The notes beneath the pieces were generated by a model. The model made no database searches, was not told where the DNA came from, and saw only the letters and a list, made by a program, of their open reading frames with translations. Made by a program: the position numbers and the translations under genes. Source: Planctomycetota bacterium (GTDB lineage Bacteria; Planctomycetota; SZUA-567; H5-PLA8). From it: a stretch of 64,000 nucleotides of DNA. Every line of letters begins with the position of its first letter. Positions within the stretch are counted from its first letter, which is position 1. Where the stretch lies: the NCBI GenBank assembly GCA_038227875.1, contig JBBRPR010000040.1:1-64000 (forward strand), given 5' to 3'. Of this stretch, positions 9,527 to 19,754 are shown piece by piece.

Positions 9527-9717
9527 ACGGTCAGAATGGATTACAGGTATTGCCAGATTGACTTTCTTCTTTTAGCCGGGCCTTGGGATCCGCGCACGCG
9601 CAAAGTCGCCCGCGAAATTGCACAAGTGCTTCAAAACGCCCACTACAGTGCACGCTAGAATAACGAGTAGTGGTCTCACAAAAAACACATGTTTATAAAC
9701 GCCTCAGCCCTTGGTTT

Positions 9718-9746
9718 GTCACATTCCGTAACATTTGGTAACATGG
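9718..9746. promoter_or_regulatory. three GT(A/C)ACAT direct repeats at 10-bp period (candidate regulator site)
   Basis: gtcacattcc gtaacatttg gtaacatgg; the same motif occurs inverted at 47843-47870. Confidence 0.5.
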
Positions 9747-9840
9747 ATCATAGGTAAGCCATTTTTGATCGATAATACCGGTTCATGCCAAAAATCAAAT
9801 CTCACCCGTTACCGAGAAAATAGGCGCTGCACTAGGTGAA

Positions 9841-9856
9841 TGTTCCACGTGGAACA
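9841..9856. other. parS: parS centromere-like site
   Basis: perfect 16-bp palindrome TGTTCCACGTGGAACA fitting the bacterial ParB-binding consensus; intergenic. Confidence 0.85.
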
Positions 9857-10027
9857 CTTCGTTGTGCATTACTCACAAAGCACGCCCCTCGGAATTGCGC
9901 GCCCATCTAATCCGCAATCCGAAATCCGCAATCCGCAATATCCCCCGCTCGACACGCACAGGATAATTGAGTACAAACACCCTTTCCGGATTTTCACGAA
10001 ACCGGTCACTCAAGAAGGAGATCGCTT

Positions 10028-10519
10028 ATGCTGCGCGTGGGAATTGGCACCGATCGGCATCGCCTCGTCTTTGGCAAGCCGCTGATTCTGGGAGGAGTCA
10101 AAGTCGAATCGCCCAAGGGCGCAACCGGGCATTCCGATGCCGACACGCTCGCCCACGCCGTCATCGACGCCCTGCTCGGCGCCGCGGGACTCGGCGACAT
10201 CGGCCACCATTTCCCCGACACCGACGCGATGTGGAAGGACGCCGACTCCATCGCCCTGCTGGCAAAGACGCTCGACATCCTTCACAGCGCCGGGTACGAG
10301 CCGGTGAACATCGACGCCTCCGTCCATCTCGAAAGCCCGAAGCTCGGCCGCCTGAAGACCGAAATGTGCGCGAAGATCGCCGACACACTCAAGCTGCCGC
10401 GCCACTTCGTCAACATCAAAGCCAAGACCGGAGAAGGCATGGACTCCGTCGGCAAGGGTGAAGCAGTCGAAGCGGTCGCTATCGCTCAAGTGACCTCCAT
10501 TGCCACCAAACCCCAGTAG
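10028..10519 (+). CDS. ispF: 2-C-methyl-D-erythritol 2,4-cyclodiphosphate synthase
   Basis: GIGTDRH, GHSDAD, GDIGHHFPD, NIKAKTGE motifs; AAGGAG RBS. Confidence 0.97.
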   Translation: MLRVGIGTDRHRLVFGKPLILGGVKVESPKGATGHSDADTLAHAVIDALLGAAGLGDIGHHFPDTDAMWKDADSIALLAKTLDILHSAGYEPVNIDASVHLESPKLGRLKTEMCAKIADTLKLPRHFVNIKAKTGEGMDSVGKGEAVEAVAIAQVTSIATKPQ

Positions 10520-10595
10520 CGCGCGGCGGCAGACTCACGGCAACCTGGCTCACGCGACCTTGAGTCTGCTCAACACCGGAAAGACGGAAGCAAAA

Positions 10596-11651
10596 ATGGC
10601 AGAACCCGACGACGCAACCGCTGCTCCCAAGCCGCCGGAACAACCGGCCCCGGCCGCTCCCCCAACATCCGATGCCGGCGCTCGCGCCGACGAGCCGGCG
10701 GTGGAAGTGCAGCCAACGGTGCCGCAACCGCCACCGACGCCAAAGATCGTCGCGGTGGTCGGCGAGATTCCGTTCGTCGGCCTGGCCGTCGCGCGGGAGC
10801 TGATCCGCTCCGGCACCACGGCCCGGGTGCTCTGCCCCGACGCCGAGACCGAAGCAGCACTCACTCGCGCGTGCCCAGCGAATGGGCTGGCCGAGTTGCA
10901 ATGCGTCCGCGGCACGCTCGAATCCGAAGCGCTGAAGACCGTGCTGACCGGCGCGTACGGCGTGGCCTTCGTTTCGCCAATCAGTTTGAACGGCCGGCTC
11001 TACCGCGGCGCGCAACACATTGAGGACGCGCGGCGCGTCTCGCAAGCGGCGGACGCCGCGGGCGTGCGCCGGCTGCTCTACCATTCGGCGCTCGGCGCGC
11101 AGCCGGTCTCGCCGGCCCTGGCGCTCAGCCAGGCGGCGGCCGCGGAGGAACTTTTCGCGGCGATGGATTGCGACACCTACCGCTTGCGGACCAGCGTGGT
11201 GATGGGTCGCGGTGACGGCTTTCAGTCGGAGTACGTCGAGCAGGCAAAGTCGGGTTCGCCACTGATGGGGATGCTCGGCTACGGCAGTACGTCGCTGCAG
11301 CCCATCCACGTCAACGATCTGGCGAAGTGCGTGGTGCGGGTGTTCGATCCCAGCCGCAGCGCGATTTCGCCTGGCGTCCTCTGCGTCGCGGGGCCAGAGA
11401 TGACGACGCCGCTGGATCTGGCCGACCTGGCCCTGGCGCGGTTGGGGCGCATCAAATTAAAGATTCACACACCGCTGTTCGTCCTGCGCCTGCTGGCCGC
11501 AGTGCGTGGCGATGCCGCGTTCAAAGAGAAGGTCAATTTGTTATTCGAAGGATTCTGCACGGACCACAACGACGCATTCAGACTTTTGGGTGCGTCGTTT
11601 CCGCTGATCACGCCGCAGCAATCTCAGGACGAGATCCTTGCTGCTGCCTGA
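10596..11651 (+). CDS. atypical SDR / NDUFA9-NmrA-like Rossmann protein with a Pro-rich N-terminus
   Basis: SALGA, LRTSVVMGRGD, LQPIHVNDLA and VAGPE motifs; nucleotide-binding motif degenerate (GEIPFVG). Confidence 0.8.
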   Translation: MAEPDDATAAPKPPEQPAPAAPPTSDAGARADEPAVEVQPTVPQPPPTPKIVAVVGEIPFVGLAVARELIRSGTTARVLCPDAETEAALTRACPANGLAELQCVRGTLESEALKTVLTGAYGVAFVSPISLNGRLYRGAQHIEDARRVSQAADAAGVRRLLYHSALGAQPVSPALALSQAAAAEELFAAMDCDTYRLRTSVVMGRGDGFQSEYVEQAKSGSPLMGMLGYGSTSLQPIHVNDLAKCVVRVFDPSRSAISPGVLCVAGPEMTTPLDLADLALARLGRIKLKIHTPLFVLRLLAAVRGDAAFKEKVNLLFEGFCTDHNDAFRLLGASFPLITPQQSQDEILAAA

Positions 11652-11665
11652 TTGCTATACAGCGA

Positions 11666-11842
11666 TTATGCGGAAATCGGCAGGATGACGGGCGTCACGG
11701 AAGGCTTGATCATCGCGCGAGCGGTCGGGTACTTGATGACGCCGCAGCGCAAACAGCCGTAAGTGATGTCCTTGACTTCATGCCGGGTGGTGCACTGGCA
11801 CGTATTGCAGTACCGGTTCTCGTAGGGATGTTTGTGTCGCAT
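11666..11842 (-). CDS. 58-aa Zn-ribbon small protein (absent from the ORF track)
   Basis: MRHKHPYENRYCNTCQCTTRHEVKDITYGCLRCGVIKYPTARAMIKPSVTPVILPISA*; AAGGAGG 8 nt upstream of the ATG. Confidence 0.75.
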   Translation of the reverse strand: MRHKHPYENRYCNTCQCTTRHEVKDITYGCLRCGVIKYPTARAMIKPSVTPVILPISA

Positions 11843-11914
11843 GGCTGGGACCTCCTTGTTTAACCTTCGGTTTGGAACCTTTGGTTACTCCCCCATCCTG
11901 CACACTTTTCATGT

Positions 11915-11930
11915 ATCAAACCGCTTGCCA
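11915..11930 (-). promoter_or_regulatory. possible sigma54 (-24/-12) promoter for the small Zn-ribbon gene
   Basis: TGGCAAGCGGTTTGAT; TGGCA correctly spaced, TTGA instead of TTGC at -12. Confidence 0.4.
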
Positions 11931-12194
11931 CAACAGAACCATCTGTAGGTGCTCGCGAGCGCTCTCCTAGTTATTGTGATCGGCCGAGTTTACGTGTTTA
12001 GTCATCAGAACTAACAGGAAAAAATTAAATTTTGTGTGGTTGGAGTTAAGCAGTGAACTGCAAAAATTGCGGCACAGGTGCTCAATTATGTGCAGTGATG
12101 TGCATCGTCTAAGTTCATCGCGCCAAAGGATCTGCAAGCTGCACCTGTGATTTTCGGCTCGATTTGTGTAGGATATTGACGGGAGGCCCACCCC

Positions 12195-12980
12195 ATGTCG
12201 GAAATCGTCACGGTCCAAACGCAGACCCACAGCGCGCTCTGCACGCTCAATCTTCCCAACAAGCGGAATCCCATCTCTGCGGAGATGCGCGCCAGTCTCA
12301 TCGCGGCACTCGACGGTCTCTCCCACAACGAGACCGTACGCAGCGTGATCATCACAGGAGCGGGAAGCGCGTTCTGTTCGGGACTCGATCTGGACGGACT
12401 TGCCGAGCAGCAGAGGAAGTCGCCCGCCGAACACCGCGCCGATTCGCAGTCGATCGCGGACTTCTTCAGTTACATCGCGAATTATCCGAAGCCTACCATA
12501 GCGGCCGTCAACGGGCCGGCGGTCGCCGGCGGTTGCGGACTGGCCTTGTTGTGCGATTTTACACTGATGCGCGCCGAGGCGTTCTTCAGTTTCTCAGAAG
12601 TGAAGATCGGCTTCGTTCCGGCACTGGTCGGCGTTTACCTGGAACGCATGGTCGGACCGAAGGTCAGCCGCGACCTGTTGCTGACGGGTCGCAAGATTTT
12701 GGCTAACGAAGCGAAGGCATTGGGACTCATCAGTGAAGTGGTCGAGAGTGGCAAATTGCATGAACGGGCGAACGAGTTGGCCGGTCAACTTGCACAGAAC
12801 AGCCCCATTGCATTATGCCAGACAAAAGAATTGTTGACCCGATCACAAGCCTTAAATCTGCGCGAAAGCTTGGCCTTGGCTGTTGACGTAAATGCCAATG
12901 CACGTGTGACTTCCGATTGTGTAGAGGGTGTAAATTCATTCTTGGAAAAACGTGCCCCAAAGTGGGCACCAGGTGTATAA
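12195..12980 (+). CDS. enoyl-CoA hydratase/crotonase family (methylglutaconyl-CoA hydratase-like)
   Basis: AFCSGLDL, KPTIAAVNGPAVAGGCG, FSEVKIG, FLEKRAP motifs; GGAGG RBS. Confidence 0.92.
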   Translation: MSEIVTVQTQTHSALCTLNLPNKRNPISAEMRASLIAALDGLSHNETVRSVIITGAGSAFCSGLDLDGLAEQQRKSPAEHRADSQSIADFFSYIANYPKPTIAAVNGPAVAGGCGLALLCDFTLMRAEAFFSFSEVKIGFVPALVGVYLERMVGPKVSRDLLLTGRKILANEAKALGLISEVVESGKLHERANELAGQLAQNSPIALCQTKELLTRSQALNLRESLALAVDVNANARVTSDCVEGVNSFLEKRAPKWAPGV

Positions 12981-13049
12981 AATAGAGGCTACTGGATGTG
13001 TCAAAGAGCGCAAAAATGAGCAACGGATTTGCTTCAAGATTGAAAGCAG

Positions 13050-13078
13050 TTGACATTTGCGAAAGAGGTCGGTACACC
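13050..13078 (+). promoter_or_regulatory. possible sigma70 promoter
   Basis: TTGACA-N17-TACACC upstream of the gene at 13126. Confidence 0.4.
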
Positions 13079-13125
13079 GACCCCATAGCCAATTTGACAC
13101 GCTCGCTTCGAGGCAACAGTGCAGT

Positions 13126-13563
13126 ATGTCTGTTATGAGCACCGACGGCGAAAAACGCACTTCTCGCAGCACTGAAAGCCAGCTTTACCGCATGGCCTTG
13201 GTGGAAGCCGAGAAGCACAAGTGGATCGAGTCCCAGAAGGCAGGGCGGGATCTCGGTGAAGCTGCGTTGCGTGATTGGTCTCGCAAGTACTGGTGGCGTT
13301 GGTGTCGCGACAGGTGGATCGAGCATCTTTCCGGGGATCGTTTCTGGAGCGAACTCGACCAGCACGACTTCGGCTTGCTGAAGCGTGACTTCCATCCCAA
13401 CACGTTCCTGGTCGAGCAAATTTCGCTGAAGATCAAGATGGGCGGCGAGAACCTCGACATCATTCAATGGGCGCACACGTCCAAGCAGGACATCGCGCAA
13501 GTCCTGCAGATCCTCAAACTCCTCGACATCAATTCCCGCCGCCTGACCTTCTGGCCGAATTAA
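13126..13563 (+). CDS. conserved hypothetical protein (DUF4032-like)
   Basis: EAEKHKWIESQKAGRDLG..A..DW motif. Confidence 0.7.
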   Translation: MSVMSTDGEKRTSRSTESQLYRMALVEAEKHKWIESQKAGRDLGEAALRDWSRKYWWRWCRDRWIEHLSGDRFWSELDQHDFGLLKRDFHPNTFLVEQISLKIKMGGENLDIIQWAHTSKQDIAQVLQILKLLDINSRRLTFWPN

Positions 13564-13591
13564 GCTGCTGAATTGCTCAAGAGATTGCGAG

Positions 13592-13637
13592 TGTGTGTCA
13601 AGGAGCAAGCATACAGCCGCTTGCTCCTTGACACACA
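13592..13637. terminator. 19-bp perfect inverted repeat (probable terminator or processing hairpin)
   Basis: tgtgtgtcaaggagcaagc-N8-gcttgctccttgacacaca downstream of the stop at 13563. Confidence 0.65.
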
Positions 13638-13747
13638 GCCACGCCTTCGTCGCTTCAAAGTAGCCTTTCAATTTTCTCGCGGAATTCTGCCTCCTTTTCT
13701 CCCTCTCGCGGCAAGTAGCTGTACGACTTCTTAGGGAGGAACTTCTC

Positions 13748-15568
13748 GTGATCAAAACGCTACTGCTGCTGGCTGCTTTTGCGACGGCGACTCTTGCCGG
13801 TGCTGTTCGCGCCGAAATGTGGGTGGCAGGTCCGTCCGAGACGGTGCTGCGTACCGACAAGGCGCCGGCGAAAAGCGAGCTCTACGATGCGAAGACCAAG
13901 ACGGTGCGCCTCTTCGCGGCACGCAACGAATTCGCGGCGTTTCAGATCGTCTTTGGCTCGGACTTGAAGAACGTCAACGTCGCGAAGTTCGAACTAAAAG
14001 GTGAGAAGGGCGCGGCGCTGAAAAACGTCGAGCTCTTCCGCGAGCATTACCTCCCCTGCCCCATCGTCACGCAGTACGACGGCTCCAATCGGCCGCCGGA
14101 TGTCGTGCGCTTCGATGAGAAAGTGAAGTCCGCCAACGCGCCGCGCGAATTTCCGGAGCAGCTCGTGCCGCTCTCCGCCACGAAATTCGGCGCGCCGTTC
14201 GACGTCGCCGCGGGCAAGAATGAAGTCGTGTGGGTCGACATCTTCGTGCCGGAAGACGCAGCGCCGGGAGAATACTCCGGCAGCACCAAGGCCGGCGACG
14301 AAACGCTGAACATCAAGCTCACCGTCTGGAATTTCACACTGCCCAGCGTCAGCCACTTTCCGCAGTGGGCGAACATGGGGCCCGAAGAGATCGCGTGGGG
14401 TTATGGCAAGCGGCACACGCACATTCCGGAGATGCAGGCGACGTTCGATTCCTTCTTCGAGATGGCGCACAACCACCGCTTCTGCCTGATGGAATTCTGG
14501 GACAACGACGAAAGCTACGTGAAGTCGCCGGCACGGAAGTACTACGACTACATCACCGGCAGCGGCTTCAAAGGTCCGTTCGGCAAGGGCGTCGGCTTGG
14601 AACTCGTGCCGATCGGCAACGACAGCTTCGCCAATTTCTTCGGCCTGGTGAATTCCGAGAAGTGGCTCAACCGCGCCTTTGTGCAGCTCAGCCCCGACGA
14701 ACCGGGCAACGCCGAAGCCTACAGCGAGATCCTCGCCAACGGCGCGAAAGTGAAATCGGGTACCGGCGGAAAGTTGATGCGCATGGCCACCAAGCACTTC
14801 ATGCCCAACCTTGATGAAGGCGTCGACATTTTCTGCAGCGCGCCCGGTGCGCTCGACCCCAAGGACGTGCCGACGATCGAGGGCAAAGGCAACGTCTGCT
14901 GGACCTACAACGGCGGCCTGGCCGGAACGCCCGTCACCGACGCGCCGGCCGTGGCGACGCGCACGCACGCCTGGGCCGGATTCCTCTCCGGCGCGCGCGC
15001 GTGGTACTACTGGGACGCGTGTTATTACATCGACAAGCAGTTCAAGTGGAAGGCGCAGCGGCGCGCGATCTACGGTTCGGAAACGCCGACGCAGTACCTC
15101 TCCGATTACTGGAACAACGCGATGACCTTCGACGAGACGACGAAGAACAACGGCAAGTACCCGCCCCAGAATGCGATGCGCATGAACGGCGAAGGCATCC
15201 TGCTCTATCCGGGCAAAGACGTCGGCGTGGAAGGTCCCGTCGCCAATCTCCGTCTGAAAAATCTCCGGCAGGGCAGCCAGGATTTCGAATACTTGTACCT
15301 GCTCGAAAAGATGGGCAAGAAAGAGATCGCGACGGCGGAAGCAACGAAGCTGGTCGGCGAAACGATCTCATCGAAGAGCTTCGGCGGCGAAGCCGGTCAC
15401 TACGACAATTATGATTTCGACGGCGCGAAGTGGGACGCCGCACGCATCCGCCTGGGCAAGGCGCTCGACGCCATCGGCGACAAAGCTCTCCATGAAAAAA
15501 TCACGCCGTACAATCAGTATCCCAATCCCACGGGCGTAAAGGAGATGTATGATGGCAAGCGATATTGA
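13748..15568 (+). CDS. secreted glycoside hydrolase 123-like / DUF4091 protein
   Basis: signal peptide; AARNEFAAFQ, DEP, GEGILLYPG and LRLKNLRQGSQDFEYL motifs. Confidence 0.8.
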   Translation: MIKTLLLLAAFATATLAGAVRAEMWVAGPSETVLRTDKAPAKSELYDAKTKTVRLFAARNEFAAFQIVFGSDLKNVNVAKFELKGEKGAALKNVELFREHYLPCPIVTQYDGSNRPPDVVRFDEKVKSANAPREFPEQLVPLSATKFGAPFDVAAGKNEVVWVDIFVPEDAAPGEYSGSTKAGDETLNIKLTVWNFTLPSVSHFPQWANMGPEEIAWGYGKRHTHIPEMQATFDSFFEMAHNHRFCLMEFWDNDESYVKSPARKYYDYITGSGFKGPFGKGVGLELVPIGNDSFANFFGLVNSEKWLNRAFVQLSPDEPGNAEAYSEILANGAKVKSGTGGKLMRMATKHFMPNLDEGVDIFCSAPGALDPKDVPTIEGKGNVCWTYNGGLAGTPVTDAPAVATRTHAWAGFLSGARAWYYWDACYYIDKQFKWKAQRRAIYGSETPTQYLSDYWNNAMTFDETTKNNGKYPPQNAMRMNGEGILLYPGKDVGVEGPVANLRLKNLRQGSQDFEYLYLLEKMGKKEIATAEATKLVGETISSKSFGGEAGHYDNYDFDGAKWDAARIRLGKALDAIGDKALHEKITPYNQYPNPTGVKEMYDGKRY

Positions 15569-15761
15569 TCGTTTGCCGTTCCAAACACCTATGGTGCGCG
15601 CGGTACGAACATTTTGCCACTGTCAGACAAAACAAATGATATAATGATATATAAACAGATTTTGGCACGATCGAAGTAGTATCTCAACCGCTGCCGGTTA
15701 ACATGATTTTTGATATTCAGTGACAGCCGAGCCGGTTTGCAACAAACGTGGTATTGGTCTA

Positions 15762-18700
15762 ATGAGTGAATCGTTCGATTCTTCTGACTGGTCTTCCAAT
15801 CTACCGCAACTCAGTGACGCTGCTTCTTTCGAAATCCTGGTCGCTTCGGTCAAAGACTACGCCATTTTCATGCTCGATCCGCAGGGCCGCGTGGCGACGT
15901 GGAATGCCGGGGCGCAGAACATCAAGGGTTACGCGCCCGACGAGATCCTGGGAAAACACTTCTCGATTTTTTACACGCCGAGGGATGTGGCCGCGGGATA
16001 TCCCGATCAGGAATTGGCGCAGGCCGTCGAGTTCGGACGCCACGAAGAAGAAGGCATCCGGCTGCGCAAAGACAGGTCCCAGATCTGGGCACACGTCACT
16101 ATTACGCCGCTCTACGACGAGACGAAGAAAAAACTCCTGGGATTCGCAAAAGTCACGCGTGATATCACCGAACGCAAACGGCGCGAAGCGGAAGAACATC
16201 AGCACAAGTTGCGCCTGCTCGATCAGGCCTTTGATCCGATTTTCACGTGGACGCTCGGAGAGCAAGGCGGCGTCACGTTCTGGAACAAGGGCGCCGAACG
16301 GGTCTACGGCTTCACCGAATCCGAAGCCCTGAACCGCTCCAGCCATCAACTGCTGAACACGCAGTTTCCCCAGGGCCTGCAAGAGGTCCTCGACGCGTTG
16401 GAGCGCAACGGCAATTGGTCCGGCGAAGTCCGGCACCGCGCCAAAGATGGGCGCTGGCTGATCGTGGATGTGAGCATGTCGCGGACCATCAATCCCAACG
16501 GCATGGTGCAGATCCTGGAAGCCAATTGCGACATCACCGACCGCAAGCGGGCCGAGGCGAATCTGAAAAGCAGCGAAGAGCGGCTGCGCCTGCTGGTCGA
16601 CGGCGTGAAGGACTACGCGCTGATGATGCTCGATCGCGACGGCTGCGTGCTGACCTGGTATGCCGGAGCCGAGAGCATCTTCGGTTATTCCGCCGCCGAG
16701 ATCATCGGCAAACCCTACGCGACATTTTTCAGCTCCGAAGATGCCGCCGCCGGCCGGCCGGAAAAGAAACTCGCGGCCGCCGCCGAACTGGGGAGGCAGG
16801 AGGAAAGTGGCTGGCGCGTGCGTAAAAATGGCTCGCGCTTCTGGGCCAACGGTACGCTGACAGCGCTGTTCGATGAAAAGGGCAGGTCCACCGGTTATGC
16901 CAAAATCGTGAGGGATCTAACGGAAGTCCGGCGCAATGAAGAGCTGATGCGCTCGGTCCTGGACCATACCTTCGACAGCATCATCAGCATCGACCAGATG
17001 GGCAAGGTTGAAATGCTCAACCGCGCCGCGGAAAAAACGTTCGGCTACACAAAGGAAGAGGTGCTGGGCCACAACGTTTCCATGCTGATGCCGCAGCCGT
17101 ATTCCGGCGAGCATGACGGCTATTTGAAAAACTACCTGCAGACGGGTATCGCCAAGATCATTGGCATCGGCCGCGAAGCTGCAGGTCTCCGCAAGGACGG
17201 CAGCCACTTTCCGCTGGAACTGGCAGTCACTGAATTCACGACCGAATTCGCCACCGGCCGGCACTTCACCGGCGTGATCCGCGACCTGACCCACCGTAAA
17301 CTCGCGGAGGCGCAGCAGTCACGACTGACGGCGGTGATGCACGCCACGCCGGATTTCGTGGGAATCAGCGACGCCACCGGTCAGACCATCTTCGTCAACC
17401 GTGCCGGCCGTAAAATGGTGGGACTGACCGAAGATCAAGACGTCACGAAACTCACGATTGAAGAGTTTCACGACCCGGCCACATATGAATTGATCCGTTC
17501 AGAGGCGTTGCCCCACGCCATCAAACATGGTGCGTGGAGCGGCGAAACATTCGTGGTGACCCGTTCGGGTGAGATGATTCCGGTATGGCAGGTGATCCTG
17601 GCTCACACCGGGGCAAATGGGAACGTGGAATTTTATTCGACCATCTGCCGCGACTTGCGCGACCGGCGGAAACTGGAACACCAGCTTCGCCACGCGCAAA
17701 AAATGGAAGCCGTCGGGCAGCTGGCCGGCGGAGTCGCGCACGATTTCAACAATCTGCTGACGATCATCTCCGGCTACAGCGAAATCCTGCGCGACGCGCT
17801 GGCGCCGACGAGCCCCTTGCACCGCGCCGTCAGTTCCATCCAGGACGCCTGCGATCGGGCCGCTTCACTCACACAACAGTTGCTGGCCTTCAGCCGCCAG
17901 ACCGTGATGGAAACGCGCGTCGTGGACCTCAATTCCATCGTGCGGGATACCAGCCGCATGCTGAAGCGGCTGATCGGCGAAGACATCATCCTGGAGTTGG
18001 CGCTCGATCCGCAGATCCTGACGGTCAAGGTCGATCGGGATCAGGTGGGCCAGGTGCTGATGAATCTGGCGGTGAATTCGCGCGACGCGATGCCGACCGG
18101 CGGCCGCCTGACCATTGAAACCAAGACCATTACGTTCGATGAGAGCATTGTCACGCAGCGGCCGAACGTGAAGCCCGGCGACTACATTATGCTGGCCATG
18201 ACCGATACCGGCTGCGGCATGGATGAAGCCACGCGCGTGCGGATCTTCGAGCCGTTTTTTACGACCAAGGGAGTGGGAAAAGGCACCGGCCTGGGCCTGG
18301 CCGTCGTCCACGGCATCGTCAACCAGAGCGGCGGGCATATCGAGGTCTACAGCGAGCCGGGTGTCGGTACGACGTTCAAAATCTATCTGCCGATAGTGCG
18401 AGAAAACCTGTCGCAGGCCGTGCCGAATCTGGAGATCGCCTCGCTCAAAGGCACCGAAACGGTGCTGCTTGTGGAAGATGAGGCCGCCGTGCGCGAGATC
18501 GCGAAGCTTGGCCTGCAGATCCAGGGCTACCAACTATTAGAGGCCGCCAGCAGCGAAGAAGCGCTGAAAATTCTCGCGACGCACGACAGCCCCGTGGATT
18601 TAATCATTACCGATGTGATCATGCCCGGCATCAGCGGCCCGGAGCTGGCCAAGCAGGTCCACGCCCGCTGGCCCAACACGAAACTGCTCTTCGCCAGCGG

Positions 18701-18836
18701 CTACACCCGCGACGCGGTGGTCCGCCACGGCATCCTGGAAGGCGAAGTCGCGTTCATCCAGAAGCCGTACACGCCCTTTTCGCTGATGCGCAAAGCGCGC
18801 GCGGTGCTGGATGGGGCGAAGGAAGAGCCGAAGTAG
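15762..18836 (+). CDS. multi-PAS hybrid sensor histidine kinase/response regulator
   Basis: five PAS repeats, AHDFNNLL H-box, FFTTK, GTGLGL, C-terminal receiver domain (TDVIMP). Confidence 0.95.
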   Translation: MSESFDSSDWSSNLPQLSDAASFEILVASVKDYAIFMLDPQGRVATWNAGAQNIKGYAPDEILGKHFSIFYTPRDVAAGYPDQELAQAVEFGRHEEEGIRLRKDRSQIWAHVTITPLYDETKKKLLGFAKVTRDITERKRREAEEHQHKLRLLDQAFDPIFTWTLGEQGGVTFWNKGAERVYGFTESEALNRSSHQLLNTQFPQGLQEVLDALERNGNWSGEVRHRAKDGRWLIVDVSMSRTINPNGMVQILEANCDITDRKRAEANLKSSEERLRLLVDGVKDYALMMLDRDGCVLTWYAGAESIFGYSAAEIIGKPYATFFSSEDAAAGRPEKKLAAAAELGRQEESGWRVRKNGSRFWANGTLTALFDEKGRSTGYAKIVRDLTEVRRNEELMRSVLDHTFDSIISIDQMGKVEMLNRAAEKTFGYTKEEVLGHNVSMLMPQPYSGEHDGYLKNYLQTGIAKIIGIGREAAGLRKDGSHFPLELAVTEFTTEFATGRHFTGVIRDLTHRKLAEAQQSRLTAVMHATPDFVGISDATGQTIFVNRAGRKMVGLTEDQDVTKLTIEEFHDPATYELIRSEALPHAIKHGAWSGETFVVTRSGEMIPVWQVILAHTGANGNVEFYSTICRDLRDRRKLEHQLRHAQKMEAVGQLAGGVAHDFNNLLTIISGYSEILRDALAPTSPLHRAVSSIQDACDRAASLTQQLLAFSRQTVMETRVVDLNSIVRDTSRMLKRLIGEDIILELALDPQILTVKVDRDQVGQVLMNLAVNSRDAMPTGGRLTIETKTITFDESIVTQRPNVKPGDYIMLAMTDTGCGMDEATRVRIFEPFFTTKGVGKGTGLGLAVVHGIVNQSGGHIEVYSEPGVGTTFKIYLPIVRENLSQAVPNLEIASLKGTETVLLVEDEAAVREIAKLGLQIQGYQLLEAASSEEALKILATHDSPVDLIITDVIMPGISGPELAKQVHARWPNTKLLFASGYTRDAVVRHGILEGEVAFIQKPYTPFSLMRKARAVLDGAKEEPK

Positions 18837-18895
18837 GGTGTGGCTTCGTGCTTCGCGGAAATCGTTGACCTGTCAACGCGCATCCACCGGATGAA

Positions 18896-19009
18896 TCCGT
18901 CCGGCGAAAAGTAGTCGGTGGTCGGTCGGGGGCGCTCGGCGGTTATGAGTTCCCGGTTGGAACGAGGCGAACGGGCTTCGTCAATTTCCGTCCGGCTAAA
19001 AGTAGTCGG
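18896..19009. repeat. two direct copies of a 23-bp motif TCCGTCCGGC(G/T)AAAAGTAGTCGG
   Basis: copies at 18896-18918 and 18987-19009; further copies at 48010, 48064 (inverted) and 49377 (inverted). Confidence 0.75.
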
Positions 19010-19109
19010 AACATTTATAGTCGAACCGGATATAAGCGTTACCGTGTGAGCAGAAACGCGGCTCAATGTGATGACTCACTTGCTCAGAGTTAACCTTTCG
19101 GAAATAACG

Positions 19110-19754
19110 ATGAACTTTGACAAATTTAAAGCCACTTACAATCCGCCATTGTCGCGAACCGAAATTTCCGATGATTCCAAATTAGAAATTCTAAAGAGCC
19201 CGGGTGCGCGAGACTTTCTAAGCGCATTCAGCGGGATCACCATTGGTGACGGCCTCTACAGAGTCCACCATTTTTCTGAAATTGAACCGTGGACGCAACG
19301 AGTCACCGGCTGCCTGTTCAAAAAATACGCCTCTCGCGTGGAATGTTTTGGGTGTGACTGGCGAGGGCGGCAATTTGCAGTTGAGAGCCAACGGCGAAAT
19401 GCAGATGGTATTCCCTTGGTAACGATGTTTGATCCTGAAACTGGCAAAGCTTTCAACACATCTTTTACCTTTTCAGGCTTTCACAACGATGCTTTGATAA
19501 ATCTTACCGATGCCGTCTTGGACCTTGAACTCTTTCAGAATTGGCGCAAGGCTAATCAGAATATTTCCTTAAAGCATAAAGATTGCATTGGATGCAGGAT
19601 TCCGTTGTGTCTCGGCGGACGCGACGACGTGTCAAATTACGAGGTTACAGACATGTCCGTTTATTGGGAGTTAACGGGGCAATTTCTCGAAGGTACGAAG
19701 AACGTTCCTGCGGGAACAAAGATATCCGGCGTCAATGTTTCGAAGCAGAAATGA
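19110..19754 (+). CDS. T6SS immunity Tdi1-like (DUF1851) orphan immunity protein
   Basis: FGCDWRGRQF and CIGCRIPLCLGGRDDVSNYEVTDMSVYW motifs; low GC. Confidence 0.75.
   Translation: MNFDKFKATYNPPLSRTEISDDSKLEILKSPGARDFLSAFSGITIGDGLYRVHHFSEIEPWTQRVTGCLFKKYASRVECFGCDWRGRQFAVESQRRNADGIPLVTMFDPETGKAFNTSFTFSGFHNDALINLTDAVLDLELFQNWRKANQNISLKHKDCIGCRIPLCLGGRDDVSNYEVTDMSVYWELTGQFLEGTKNVPAGTKISGVNVSKQK

Noticed and set aside
18896..19009. Possible mini-CRISPR array
   Set aside because: Only two repeats with a 68-nt gap, other copies are dispersed or inverted, and there are no cas genes.
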